Assembly: GCA_903839725.1 (NCBI GenBank)
Contig: CAIMDG010000002.1
Span: 65,078-129,077, forward strand
DNA: 64,000 bases
From: an uncultured bacterium
Lineage (GTDB): Bacteria > Patescibacteriota > Minisyncoccia > Phycocordibacterales > PALSA-1337
Reading direction: 5' to 3'
A program made the position numbers and the translations under genes. The notes beneath the pieces were generated by a model. That model did no database searches. It was not told the origin of the DNA and saw only the letters and a program-made list of their open reading frames with translations. This document shows positions 12,303 through 22,459 of this stretch, one piece after another; the first letter of the stretch is position 1; each line of letters begins with the position of its first letter.

Positions 12303-12339
12303 AAAACCCGTTTTCTGTGTGAAAACGGGTTTTTGTTTT
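12303..12339 (+). terminator. Bidirectional intrinsic terminator with a duplicated arm
   Basis: AAAAACCCGTTTTC-loop-GAAAACGGGTTTTT; an extra AACCCGTTTTCACACA copy starts at 12285. Confidence 0.7.
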
Positions 12340-12358
12340 ATTCAAATATATTTTGAAA

Positions 12359-12736
12359 CTATTCTAGAGTCGCACAATCACCAAATGTTTGTTCATCGTC
12401 TTCGGTAATAAAAGCGGTATTCCCTTTATTCCAGAATACAAATGATTCATTGATGTTGGCGTAACGAGCACCTGAAGCTGATATAGCTTGTGACAGTGAA
12501 AGCTGGCGATGATCTGATAATACCAAGTCGACTTTATTATCGCGGAATGTGCCGGAAATAAATTTGTTGTCTTTGCAAAAATACGTAGCGGTAGCGATGA
12601 TTGGTGTTTCTTTTTGAGGAGTAAGGGGTTGGGTAGATGAAGGTGTGGTAAATAGGACTTTACCGAGGTAGATGCCGAGAATGAAAACGCAGATGACTAA
12701 GGAGAGAGTGAGGAATTTGAGAGGATGGGTGGGCAT
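12359..12736 (-). CDS. MliC-family (lysozyme inhibitor-like) membrane-anchored protein
   Basis: N-terminal TM; LSQAISASGARYAN..FWNKGNTA..C. Confidence 0.88.
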   Translation of the reverse strand: MPTHPLKFLTLSLVICVFILGIYLGKVLFTTPSSTQPLTPQKETPIIATATYFCKDNKFISGTFRDNKVDLVLSDHRQLSLSQAISASGARYANINESFVFWNKGNTAFITEDDEQTFGDCATLE

Positions 12737-12887
12737 GGGGTAAGTATAACAGAAAAATAACTCTCAACTATTACCCCTCCTATGAAGAAAATTTCGTACC
12801 CCTATGACAAAATCGTTATACTCTATATTATTTTGAGTCACATTCAAGGCTTTTTCTGGGCACGCCCTATGAAGTTTTCTTCATACC

Positions 12888-14471
12888 CTATTTCCCCAAA
12901 TCCAACACCTCATCAATCCTAATCTGCTTCACAAACTCCGGCACGTGACTTACCACAATCATCGCACCCTCATACTGATCAAGAGCCTTGGCAATGACCG
13001 GCAAATGTCTAAAGTTAATATGGTTCGTCGGCTCATCGAGAATAAGTAACCCTGGACGTTGCAATACCAAACGAGCAAAAGCTACAAGACCCTTCTGCCC
13101 TTCTGAGAGTGACGCAATCTTGGTATGGATGGTATCAGCGGTGATGAGGAAACTTGCAGCGACTGCACGAAGTTCAGTTTCGATGAGGCGTCCTTCGACT
13201 GAGCGAATCACTTTTTCGAGACTTTGGTAAACAGTGTCATTGAAATCCATCATTGAAAAATCTTGACGATAGTACCCAACACGAATGCCTGGAGCAATCG
13301 AGACTTCAGCATTGACCAGTGAATGGTGATTGCCATCAGTGATCACACCAGCGTGGCGAGCGATCGATTCAAGCAACGTACTTTTTCCAATACCATTCGG
13401 ACCAGAGAGAAGCAGGTGCTGTTTCTTTCGTAGAGAAATCTTCGCCTTGTGAGTCGTCGGTTTATGCGTCTTAGGATTCATGATCGAATACGACGAAATA
13501 CCCATGACTTCACCGATGAGGTCAGGCTGTGATGGTATCGTAAATGACTTGATCGTACGATCTTCCTTACGCACATCAACAATCTCCTCTTCCATCTCCT
13601 CAGCCTTCTCACGCATACGCTTTGCCACCAGACGCATCTGACCTCCTTTGTTGGCGAAGACATTGGCCTGATCTTTATTGGCTTGAATCTGTTTTGCCAA
13701 CTGAGCATTCTTCATATTTTCTTTTTCGATACGCGCACTAATCTGATCCACCACATCAGCATAGTCACCAACATACTGTTCAACTTTCTTGGTATACACA
13801 TCGAGATACAAGACACCGTGTGTGAAGGCATTCAAGAATTCAGCATCGTGAGAAATAACCAAACAGGTCTTCTTATAATTCACCAAGAAATCCGTGAGGT
13901 GTTCAATTCCAGCCTTGTCGAGATTGTTCGTAGGTTCATCGAGCAACAAAATATCAGGGTCTTGAATGAGTGCTGACGCCAAAAGTAATCGTGCTTGCTG
14001 ACCACCAGAAAATGTTTTCACCAAACGATCTTTGATATCGATAGGATGTCCGTCTTTGCCACCAGTACCCTTTTTCCCAATATGTAAATTAACCACATCC
14101 AACACCTCATCGATACGAGGATCAAGATCGTATATTTTTTCCTTGAATGAGGTCGCGAAAAATTCACGTACAGTGAGATCGAGCTGATCACGTGGAATAA
14201 CCTGACGACTGGTTGCAACAGTTGCACCATTGGTAACAAATATTTCACCTGATTCAGGCTTCCATGTCTCATATCCTGCTGCCCCGAGAATCAAACCGAA
14301 AATAGTAGTTTTACCCGCACCATTTTGACCCATGATGGTAACCTTGGTACCACGACGAACCGTGAATGAAACCTCGTCGAGAATAGGCTTATTATGTCCC
14401 CATTCAAAAGTAACTTCATCAAAACGGATGATAGTATCGCCAGAAAACGCTGTTTTAGGATTATGTGCCAT
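12888..14471 (-). CDS. ABC-F family ATP-binding protein
   Basis: Two ABC domains (GQNGAGKT/FSGGQ/LDEPTN and GPNGIGKS/LSEGQ/LDEPTN), no TM segments. Confidence 0.9.
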   Translation of the reverse strand: MAHNPKTAFSGDTIIRFDEVTFEWGHNKPILDEVSFTVRRGTKVTIMGQNGAGKTTIFGLILGAAGYETWKPESGEIFVTNGATVATSRQVIPRDQLDLTVREFFATSFKEKIYDLDPRIDEVLDVVNLHIGKKGTGGKDGHPIDIKDRLVKTFSGGQQARLLLASALIQDPDILLLDEPTNNLDKAGIEHLTDFLVNYKKTCLVISHDAEFLNAFTHGVLYLDVYTKKVEQYVGDYADVVDQISARIEKENMKNAQLAKQIQANKDQANVFANKGGQMRLVAKRMREKAEEMEEEIVDVRKEDRTIKSFTIPSQPDLIGEVMGISSYSIMNPKTHKPTTHKAKISLRKKQHLLLSGPNGIGKSTLLESIARHAGVITDGNHHSLVNAEVSIAPGIRVGYYRQDFSMMDFNDTVYQSLEKVIRSVEGRLIETELRAVAASFLITADTIHTKIASLSEGQKGLVAFARLVLQRPGLLILDEPTNHINFRHLPVIAKALDQYEGAMIVVSHVPEFVKQIRIDEVLDLGK

Positions 14472-14577
14472 TGAGGATATAGAGTAGCCTATTTATAGCT
14501 ATTTTGCGAGGAATAAGGACGGAGCGCATTCACGTCCTGATGACAATGGGAGGTATTCTCGTTTATACTTACATTAT

Positions 14578-14943
14578 ATGACAACTACAAAAAAGATCGT
14601 GTATTACACACTACTCACCCTTATTAGCCTCGCCTTCATCGCAACGTCATATTCAAAACTTACTGGCGCTCCCGCGGCAGTGGCTGGCTTTGCGCAAGCA
14701 CATCTCCCTGTATGGTTCATGTACTTCATCGGTCTCGCTGAACTTCTCGGTGGTATTGCGCTTTGGATTCCAAAAATATCAAAGTGGGCAACGTATGGTC
14801 TCTATATCATTCTTGCTGGAGCAACTATCGTTACTCTCTTCTTGAACACTACCATAATGATACTCATGCCTATCTCCTTTGCTATTGTTCTCGCAATCGT
14901 CCGCCATCTCGGCAAACAAAAATCCTCTGCTCAAGTTGTATAA
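14578..14943 (+). CDS. DoxX family membrane protein
   Basis: Four TM; KL..G..WFMYFIGLAELLGGIALWIP. Confidence 0.85.
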   Translation: MTTTKKIVYYTLLTLISLAFIATSYSKLTGAPAAVAGFAQAHLPVWFMYFIGLAELLGGIALWIPKISKWATYGLYIILAGATIVTLFLNTTIMILMPISFAIVLAIVRHLGKQKSSAQVV

Positions 14944-15032
14944 AATCAGAACCTTTTTCTAGGTTATTCAATACGTACATAAAAAGACTGTAATATCTAT
15001 TCCGGTCTTTTTGCATACACACATCACTATAT

Positions 15033-15268
15033 AAAAAGCAAAACCCAGACAGAAGTCTGGGTGTAAGAACGTGAGAGGGACAAAAGAGCAAAGAATGAAC
15101 AAAGTGATGAAAGAGCAAAAGGTAGTGAGAAAGAGAAATGAGAGAGGTGGAGGTGAATGATGTCGGGGCTAAAAGCGGCTGAGGGTACTTGGGATTGAAA
15201 AGTCAAAGGAAAGCCGACATATTCACATACCTATCTGATTTCTTTACTCACTTTCAACGTTCTTACAC
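15033..15268 (-). ncRNA. Candidate structured small RNA, about 235 nt
   Basis: Perfect promoter directly upstream; terminal 12-bp stem (15061-15072 with 15257-15268); inner stems; terminator CCCAGAC-TTCT-GTCTGGG-TTTTGCTTTT; only 1- and 5-codon ATG ORFs. Confidence 0.6.
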
Positions 15269-15272
15269 AAGT

Positions 15273-15301
15273 ATTATATACCCAAAAAATACAAAAGTCA
15301 A
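15273..15301 (-). promoter_or_regulatory. Near-consensus sigma70 promoter
   Basis: TTGACT (15301-15296), N17, TATAAT (15278-15273). Confidence 0.8.
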
Positions 15302-15431
15302 TACCCTTCCGATATGATATTCACAGTACACACACCCAAAGAATGGACACAATCACATAAGCGTGTTAGGATATATCCTCACAGTTCTTTGCTTGGTACG
15401 AGCTACCAAGCCACAACCCAATAAACAAAAC

Positions 15432-15875
15432 ATGAGCACAATGAGCAACGGAAGTAACGAAGACCTGAAAAAACTGATAGAAGAAACGTTTGGGAAATAC
15501 CCATTCAACTTCAAAACACCCGAGAGCGACGTCAGCTTCAACCTCCAGCGTCCAGATCCGGATAAACCTGGCAACTGGCTGGTAACGCAGCATTTCGTCG
15601 GCGGGCCAGTCGTAAATCCTTGGGCGCGTCGTACAGAAAGAACGCCGCCGAAGTATATTTCAATGTCCGAGGACAAAATCCTCGATGCGAATGCGGCGCA
15701 TAAAGCCCAGTGGACAATCAATAAGATGGACACTATTGGCGTATTACCTGGCGGCAGACAATCGCAAAGAAGCCGAACTACCCAGCGCATTATCCGCAAA
15801 AAAGGCAGTCTCGCTCGTTTGCGACTGCTCATGCATCTCGACGAAAATCCGGGCCAGCTCCCCGATATGGTATAG
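15432..15875 (+). CDS. Hypothetical protein
   Basis: ORF from MSTMSN followed by terminator GCCAGAC..GTCTGGCATTTTT. Confidence 0.6.
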   Translation: MSTMSNGSNEDLKKLIEETFGKYPFNFKTPESDVSFNLQRPDPDKPGNWLVTQHFVGGPVVNPWARRTERTPPKYISMSEDKILDANAAHKAQWTINKMDTIGVLPGGRQSQRSRTTQRIIRKKGSLARLRLLMHLDENPGQLPDMV

Positions 15876-15930
15876 AGATTGCGTCCCCTTCACCGCCAGA
15901 CCTCACCGTCTGGCATTTTTGTATCCAAAA

Positions 15931-16560
15931 TTATCTCTGAATCGTCACCATCACCTCATGTTTCTCCATAAAAGGAATCGTAAATGGTGCAGTGTATCCC
16001 GCATATGATATTCCTCCTTGAGGTATCACTCCATCACGTATCAATGCAGCTTTCAATATATTTTTTTGTTTCTTGATGCGATCACCATGCACATGCCATG
16101 AGAACGATCGTGCGGCCACGGTATGAGCAGATATAGTATTGAATACAATACGAGAATCAGTCGGCTTGGGTAGAGTTGTGAGTGTATATTCGCGAGGCAT
16201 TACAAAAGAAACAACATGTGATGTCTCTGAGTTATCTCGTGCCATCACCGGAGCAGTCATGGCGAGTTTTGTTGAAGTTGATTCAGTTTCAGCGACGGGA
16301 GCAGTCATCGCAAGTTTTGCATTGCTAACATTACTTCCAAAAATATATGCAGCGAGAATTCGGAAACCGGCATTCATCGCTTCACGACGCGGACCTTCGA
16401 CAATAACTTCGGCTACTATGTATGGTTCATATGCTCGCACTTCATATTCTTTCTTTTTTGATATGACTTTATATGTTGGTGCGCCAACGTGATTTACCTT
16501 CCAACTCGCAATAATCCATACGAGTACTAGTACAACCAAGATAATGAGAAATGTATTCAT
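15931..16560 (-). CDS. SOUL-family heme-binding protein with N-terminal anchor
   Basis: YEVRAY, GFRILAAYIFGSN, duplicated KLAMTAPV, VSFVMP. Confidence 0.9.
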   Translation of the reverse strand: MNTFLIILVVLVLVWIIASWKVNHVGAPTYKVISKKKEYEVRAYEPYIVAEVIVEGPRREAMNAGFRILAAYIFGSNVSNAKLAMTAPVAETESTSTKLAMTAPVMARDNSETSHVVSFVMPREYTLTTLPKPTDSRIVFNTISAHTVAARSFSWHVHGDRIKKQKNILKAALIRDGVIPQGGISYAGYTAPFTIPFMEKHEVMVTIQR

Positions 16561-16580
16561 AATCTAAGTATAGCATGACG

Positions 16581-16717
16581 AATCACAGCGGGTATGCAGT
16601 ATGTGACAGTCGAAACATCCGTGACGAACTAATATGAATGTCTGAAGAACACAATAATGTAACGATATCCCGCTGGGAATTGTTTCGACTGTCACATACT
16701 GCATACCCGCTGTGATT
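16581..16717. repeat. Hairpin family 2, copy 1: 37-bp perfect arms, 63-nt loop
   Basis: 16581-16617 is the reverse complement of 16681-16717; loop homologous to 35611-35674. Confidence 0.95.
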
Positions 16718-16718
16718 T

Positions 16719-16842
16719 CGTAAGGTGCAGGTGAGAAGATTTTGAGGGACGTTTCGGAGCGAGTAAAGACGAGCGAGAACCAGCCGCGGAGCCAGCAGGC
16801 TCCGACGGCGTGTCCCGAGAAAATTCTCACCCGCACCTTACG
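16719..16842. repeat. Palindromic element related to the in-frame inserts in recG and pyrG
   Basis: 19-bp terminal IR with 1 mismatch; internal GGAGCCAGCAGGCTCC hairpin (as in recG); TAAGG..CCCGAGAAAA..CCTTAC (as in pyrG). Confidence 0.8.
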
Positions 16843-16856
16843 GAACTCAAAAAATA

Positions 16857-18773
16857 TTATTTCCTCCCCGCTCGAAGTGCATTCCCTATCGGTAAGAAAT
16901 CAGTAAGAAAATTGTACGTCGCTGCACCAGCTGGACCGATAACACCGAACGCTACCAAACCCAAGCCAATAATATTCGTAATAGCCCAAATGCCAAAATT
17001 CTGACGCATAATAGTGATGACACGCTGTGACAAACGCATTACTTCAGGTAAACGAGATAACTGATCTTTCATGATAGTGATATCAGCGGCTTCAATGGCA
17101 GCATCAGCACCAACACCACCCATAGCGATAGAAACGTCCACAAGCGCCAAGGCGCCGGCATCATTCACGCCATCGCCAATATATCCAACAACCTGCTGAT
17201 GAGCACGTCGTGAGTGTGCACGCTTCTTTTGTTCAAATTCTTTGATAAAGGCAACTTTCGTTTCTGGAGTCATGTTGGCATGAAAATCATTTATACCGAG
17301 TTCACGTACCACTGGAGCAGCAGCACGTTCATTATCCCCTGTCAGCATGTGCCATTCGAGAACGCCCAATTCTTTTGTTTCAGCGATAATCTCTTTGACG
17401 CGTGGACGAATCTCATCACGATATGACAGAAGTCCAGCTATCTCATTGTCGATTGCCAATACCACAATTCCTCTACCAGCATCCTTTTCTGCAGCAACAT
17501 CTTTTTTGATGAGATCATTCACCGGACGTCCTTGTAGTTCCATGAATGAAAGGCGTCCCAAAAACATCTTCTGATCATCATGAGAAAAAACAATACCCTG
17601 TCCAGGAATCTCTGTAGATTCATGGGGTGCATGAATAGACAAATGATGTTCAGCCATATATTCGAGAATGGCACGAGACACCATGTGGTGTGATTCTGAA
17701 GCACTCATACCAAATCGTTCGATCACCTGTTCAGTAGACCATGGGCTATATGCTTTTATTTCTATAACTTTTGGTTTGCCACGAGTAAGTGTGCCTGTCT
17801 TGTCGGTCAAAATATATTTGAGACGAGACATCTGCTCAAATGCTTTTGAACCTTTGACGATCACTCCACGTTTCGCTGCACGACTAATAGCGGCAGTGAA
17901 TGCGAGCGGTACAGCAACCGCAATATCATCAGCACAAACAACCAACAATACCGAGAGAATATTTCGTGGAGTAACCCCCAATAGATACATACTTCCTGCA
18001 GCAACAAGTGACAATCCTATGTACCATTGTGTGAATCTATCAGCTGCACGTTCAGCATCATTCTTCTGACGGCTCGCTTCATCAACGAGACTTATCATGC
18101 GTGCCAATGTTGTATCAGCTCCAAGTTTGTCGGCACGAACAACAATAGAACCAGATTCATTGATTGTCGCAGTGTACACCTGATCCCCACTTTTCTTGGG
18201 AACAAGTTCACTTTCACCAGTAAGAGAAGATTCATTTATTTCAGCAGTACCAGACACAACTGTTCCATCAACAGGCATACGATCTCCTGATTCAACAATC
18301 ACATGATCACCTTTTTTAACTTCACTGATGTGAACTTCTCGTATAGTCTCACCTGTTTGAATGCGTACGTTCTCAACGTGATATTTCATCAAACTTTCAA
18401 TGGTCTTATTGGCACGAGCTTCAGTAATACGCTCAAAGAGACGTGCGAATGCCAACATAAGTGTGATAAATCCGGCCGAGAACCATTCACGTGAAATGAG
18501 CGAGAATACCAGTGCAATAACTGCCAACAAATCAACTGACAATTTTCTACTGATCAATGCTCGGCCAGCTGACACTGCAACAGGAATAAGTCCGACTGCA
18601 GTCAAAATCATAAGAATCGTATTGGCTACTTGCTCATGAAGAAAAAATGAAATAGCGAGGGCGATGAGAGTTCCACCAATAAGTACAGCATCTAGTATTG
18701 AAAAAAAACGTTCTTCAATTTCGTGAAAGCTACGTTTTGAATGTTCAGAAGATATCTGAGGAGAATTATTCAT
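16857..18773 (-). CDS. Heavy-metal-type (P1B) P-type ATPase with atypical CADD motif
   Basis: ESSLTGES, DKTGTLT, MLTGDN, GDGVND; VVCADDI at the CPC position. Confidence 0.93.
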   Translation of the reverse strand: MNNSPQISSEHSKRSFHEIEERFFSILDAVLIGGTLIALAISFFLHEQVANTILMILTAVGLIPVAVSAGRALISRKLSVDLLAVIALVFSLISREWFSAGFITLMLAFARLFERITEARANKTIESLMKYHVENVRIQTGETIREVHISEVKKGDHVIVESGDRMPVDGTVVSGTAEINESSLTGESELVPKKSGDQVYTATINESGSIVVRADKLGADTTLARMISLVDEASRQKNDAERAADRFTQWYIGLSLVAAGSMYLLGVTPRNILSVLLVVCADDIAVAVPLAFTAAISRAAKRGVIVKGSKAFEQMSRLKYILTDKTGTLTRGKPKVIEIKAYSPWSTEQVIERFGMSASESHHMVSRAILEYMAEHHLSIHAPHESTEIPGQGIVFSHDDQKMFLGRLSFMELQGRPVNDLIKKDVAAEKDAGRGIVVLAIDNEIAGLLSYRDEIRPRVKEIIAETKELGVLEWHMLTGDNERAAAPVVRELGINDFHANMTPETKVAFIKEFEQKKRAHSRRAHQQVVGYIGDGVNDAGALALVDVSIAMGGVGADAAIEAADITIMKDQLSRLPEVMRLSQRVITIMRQNFGIWAITNIIGLGLVAFGVIGPAGAATYNFLTDFLPIGNALRAGRK

Positions 18774-18891
18774 GGGAATAGTATATCAAACATCTGTGTA
18801 TATCGTGTGTACACCAGAACTTGCAGTCAGCCTCAAACGCGCTATGATGACGCGAGCTACTTGAACAAAAACCTTGAAAATGAGCCATACT

Positions 18892-19731
18892 ATGAACAAA
18901 TCATTGCTACTTGGCGGTTTACTTACGACGGTTGCGCATGCTGGTATTGGAGATACCGATGCTCTGAGAAATTTGTTTCCGGCTGACTATCCCTTTCAGT
19001 CACTCGAAAAACCTCCGGTATACAAAACGTTATTGGCCAAATTTGTAAAAGAATTTGGCAGGCCGGACACATTCATCAACAACATGGGAAGTCCTTCCCT
19101 ATTCGACCGCGCGGTATCTTTCCAGCAAGCCAACTACAACGATGTCACCTGGATCAATGACAAAGGTCAGCGATCATTCGGCGACGCTGCTGGTTACGGT
19201 ATCCGCGAAGCTGCTGTCAGTTATTTCCCCGTTAAAGAATTCGAATCAGATATCCAGGATATCGGTTCACGATTTACACACGTTGTGATCGGCGACACGG
19301 CTGAGGAACAGCGCCTTATGGTAAGTGCTATCCCAAATGCTTCCGAATATTCGTGGATGAAACAGGCTCGTGAAGACGGTGCGTATAATTACAATCTACG
19401 CCCATTCAATTCAAGCCCATATCTACATGGATATATGAAAGTCGGACACTTTGCCGGGCAATCACTTGCAACAGTATCTGGCCGGTGGTATTACGATCTA
19501 CGCCACAGCAAAGATCACATGAGTTTTGAAACGATTTTCAATATGCAACACAACTACGGCTTTCAGGTTGGTGCATCATTTGATCCTTTCAACTTCAATG
19601 CAAGCGATACGACTTCGTGTTCAATGCGCTTACAGCACTTCGGACAGAATGGCATATTCAAATCATGGTCTATCGGTGTTGTGCAAAACAGCCAAACAAC
19701 TCTGGTCGCTCAACTTGGTTGGTTTTGGTAA
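18892..19731 (+). CDS. Hypothetical secreted protein
   Basis: Signal peptide ..VAHA; terminator AAAACGCGATTCC..GGAATCGCGTTTT downstream. Confidence 0.65.
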   Translation: MNKSLLLGGLLTTVAHAGIGDTDALRNLFPADYPFQSLEKPPVYKTLLAKFVKEFGRPDTFINNMGSPSLFDRAVSFQQANYNDVTWINDKGQRSFGDAAGYGIREAAVSYFPVKEFESDIQDIGSRFTHVVIGDTAEEQRLMVSAIPNASEYSWMKQAREDGAYNYNLRPFNSSPYLHGYMKVGHFAGQSLATVSGRWYYDLRHSKDHMSFETIFNMQHNYGFQVGASFDPFNFNASDTTSCSMRLQHFGQNGIFKSWSIGVVQNSQTTLVAQLGWFW

Positions 19732-19793
19732 CACTTCTCACACAAAAACGCGATTCCACATCCGGAATCGCGTTTTATAATATACGTTATATC

Positions 19794-21071
19794 CTATTCA
19801 AGCTTAGTAATATCTCGAGGGTAGAACACTTCGAGTGTCCATTCAAACATAATGCGGAATCGTTTTTTCCATGAAGCAAATTTGAACAAATACACGGTAC
19901 GCCACATCCACCACGTAAGTTTTCCGAATAACTTGAATCGTCCAATAAATCCGATAGCAAACCACGAACCAACTGAAACCATACTTCCCTTCGAATGATA
20001 TTCGAATGAACGTAATTTCTTTTCTTTAATAGAAGCAATGATATTTCGTGCGACCATATCAGCTTGCTGAACAGCGACTTGAGCGAGCATCGGTAGTGGT
20101 GCATGTTTTGGAGTTGTGTCGGCGTACGCTGCAACATCACCAAATGCAAAAATTCTCTCATTTCCTGTCATATTGAAATATTCGTTAACAGCTAGGCGAC
20201 CAGCGACGAGTGTTGGATCACCTCCTTCAAAATGAGGAACATTGGCTTTGACGCCAGCAGCCCAAATCACCGTATGTGCTGGTATTGATATATTATCCGT
20301 AAGTGTAAGTCCGTCTTTAGTAACTGCAGTAACCGTACTTCCAAGTTGAAGAGAAACACAACGTTCTTTCAGGCGATCAGCTGCAGCTGTACGCAGTGCC
20401 TGGGGAAATGGCTGCAACACCTCAGGTCCGGTATGGACGAGGGTAATAGCCAATTCATCAGCATTACATGATCCTGGGGTACCAGCGTGAGCCTTGTTGT
20501 TATGATAATAACGATCCATAATTTCATGAACAAAATCAGATAATTCGGCGACCGTTTCTACACCAGTCGCACCGCCACCAACAACTGCAAATGAAAGTAG
20601 ATGCAAACGTTCCTTGGGATCATTCACGAGAACTGCTTGCTCAAATGAATCAATGATACGAGCACGAATACGTGCAGCGTCTACAAGATTTTTGAGAGGT
20701 AATGCAAATTTTTCAGCTCCTGAAATACCGTAATAGTTCGTATCAGCACCCGTAGCAATAACGAGGTAATCAAACTCAGTCACTCCAACTGACGTTGTCA
20801 CTGTCTTTGTTGCCGGATTCACGGAAACAACATCGGCTTGAATAACCTGTATACCAGTCCCTGCAAATACTTCACGAAGAGGTTCAGCTACGGATGAAGC
20901 ACTCAGAGATCCGGTTGCAACTTCATGCAACAAAGGTGTAAACAAAAAATAATTAGTACGATTGATGATTGTCACATCAATCTTTCCTGCTTTCACTTGT
21001 GGTACTAGTTTCTTTGCGAGATACACTCCCCCGAAACCTGCACCAAGTATGACGATATGTGGACGGATCAT
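19794..21071 (-). CDS. ndh: Type II NADH dehydrogenase-family flavoprotein
   Basis: GAGFGG, FTPLLHEVATG, VGGGATGVE, IWAAG, AQVAVQQ. Confidence 0.9.
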   Translation of the reverse strand: MIRPHIVILGAGFGGVYLAKKLVPQVKAGKIDVTIINRTNYFLFTPLLHEVATGSLSASSVAEPLREVFAGTGIQVIQADVVSVNPATKTVTTSVGVTEFDYLVIATGADTNYYGISGAEKFALPLKNLVDAARIRARIIDSFEQAVLVNDPKERLHLLSFAVVGGGATGVETVAELSDFVHEIMDRYYHNNKAHAGTPGSCNADELAITLVHTGPEVLQPFPQALRTAAADRLKERCVSLQLGSTVTAVTKDGLTLTDNISIPAHTVIWAAGVKANVPHFEGGDPTLVAGRLAVNEYFNMTGNERIFAFGDVAAYADTTPKHAPLPMLAQVAVQQADMVARNIIASIKEKKLRSFEYHSKGSMVSVGSWFAIGFIGRFKLFGKLTWWMWRTVYLFKFASWKKRFRIMFEWTLEVFYPRDITKLE

Positions 21072-21124
21072 GTAATTTTAAATTGATTATATAACTAGTA
21101 CGATCGAAAACTTCTTTGTGGTGC

Positions 21125-21919
21125 TTACAAACCAGCGAGACGAATCGCACAATACAATACAACAACACCAAGTAGTGTCATACCGGTAGTCAATAATTTT
21201 GGATGACTATGCTGACTTTCAGGAATCAAATCACTCGCACCAATATACAAAAAGAAGCCAGAGAATAAGGCGAGAATAATACTGAGATATTGTTCTGATA
21301 CGGTGAAGAACATCGTTGAGATAACACCGATCATAGGTGCGATCGCATCAACTGCAAGCCAGCGTAATGCAGTCTTTGATTTGCCCTGATTTTTGAGAAT
21401 CATACTCACCGTATTCACGCCGTCAGAAAAATCGTGAACCAATACGGCAACGGCGACTATCACACCAACCGCTGATGAGACTTGGAAAGCAAGACCGATG
21501 GCTACACCATCAAAAAAACTATGCACAGAAAGACTTCCTGCACCGAGCACGCCACGACGAAGTTTTTTCGATTCTATAACAGCCGGCTCATATTCATGGT
21601 CATGTTCATGCCTTGAATCATCAGAAGCTTGTGCTGGTGAAGATTCACAATCTTCGTGGGCATGAGCGTGGAGAAATACAGCACGATCGAGAATCAAATA
21701 TATTAAAAATCCTAAAGCTACAATACCCATAATTGTCTCCGTACTAAAATAACGAGAACCAAGATTGAGTGATTCGGGAATAAGGTCAAAAAAAGCCACA
21801 GCTACAACTGCACCTGCACTAAAACCAAGGATAAGATGAAGCTTGTCTCTGAGGCGTACAGCCACCAAACCGCCAATAAGCGTTGCTACAAGGGTTGCGA
21901 TAGAAATAAGGAGTATCAT
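21125..21919 (-). CDS. ZIP family metal transporter
   Basis: FFDLIPES, His-rich loop, HSFFDG, HDFSDG, LIPE. Confidence 0.92.
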   Translation of the reverse strand: MILLISIATLVATLIGGLVAVRLRDKLHLILGFSAGAVVAVAFFDLIPESLNLGSRYFSTETIMGIVALGFLIYLILDRAVFLHAHAHEDCESSPAQASDDSRHEHDHEYEPAVIESKKLRRGVLGAGSLSVHSFFDGVAIGLAFQVSSAVGVIVAVAVLVHDFSDGVNTVSMILKNQGKSKTALRWLAVDAIAPMIGVISTMFFTVSEQYLSIILALFSGFFLYIGASDLIPESQHSHPKLLTTGMTLLGVVVLYCAIRLAGL

Positions 21920-21949
21920 ACGTTGAATACAAAAAGTATAGCGTATAAA

Positions 21950-22441
21950 TTAATATATCGCGAATACAACAAATAGTATGAGAAATAGTACTGAAGCAAC
22001 TATTTTGACTCCAGCACCAGCGAGTGAACCGAGGAGGCTACCAGTAGCTGCGCGATGAGCTTGAGATACATTGCGTGTTCTATACCATTCAGACGCCAAG
22101 ACCCCAAAAAACATTCCAACTAAACTTCCAATAATAGGTACAGGAATAAAAGCTGAGCCAAGAATAAGTCCAGCGAGACCAGATATAAGTGAAGACCAAT
22201 GAGCACCTCCCCACTTGGCACCGATCATTCCAGACACAGTATCGATGATCATAGCAATTGCAGCAACTGCTCCTAATATTGCAAGATCAATGAGAGTCAT
22301 CACGGTGAAATGATCATAGAAACCGTACAACAAGGCAATTACAATCATATACAACATACCCGGAATCGCGGGAATGATTGACATGATGATACCTGGAATA
22401 AGGAGAACTCCCGCAATGATGAGAATGATGGTGTGGGTCAT
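21950..22441 (-). CDS. DUF456-family membrane protein
   Basis: IPAIPG, GAKWGG, Gly-rich TM helices. Confidence 0.8.
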   Translation of the reverse strand: MTHTIILIIAGVLLIPGIIMSIIPAIPGMLYMIVIALLYGFYDHFTVMTLIDLAILGAVAAIAMIIDTVSGMIGAKWGGAHWSSLISGLAGLILGSAFIPVPIIGSLVGMFFGVLASEWYRTRNVSQAHRAATGSLLGSLAGAGVKIVASVLFLILFVVFAIY

Positions 22442-22459
22442 GCCTATATAATAGCACTT

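Noticed and set aside
12775-12890. Short CCTATGA repeats downstream of the ABC-F gene
   Set aside because: Three 7-mers and a partial inverted copy are too short and irregular to call.
14882-15118. 78-aa minus-strand ORF
   Set aside because: Non-ATG start, low complexity, runs through the terminator and overlaps doxX antisense; a non-coding RNA fits better.
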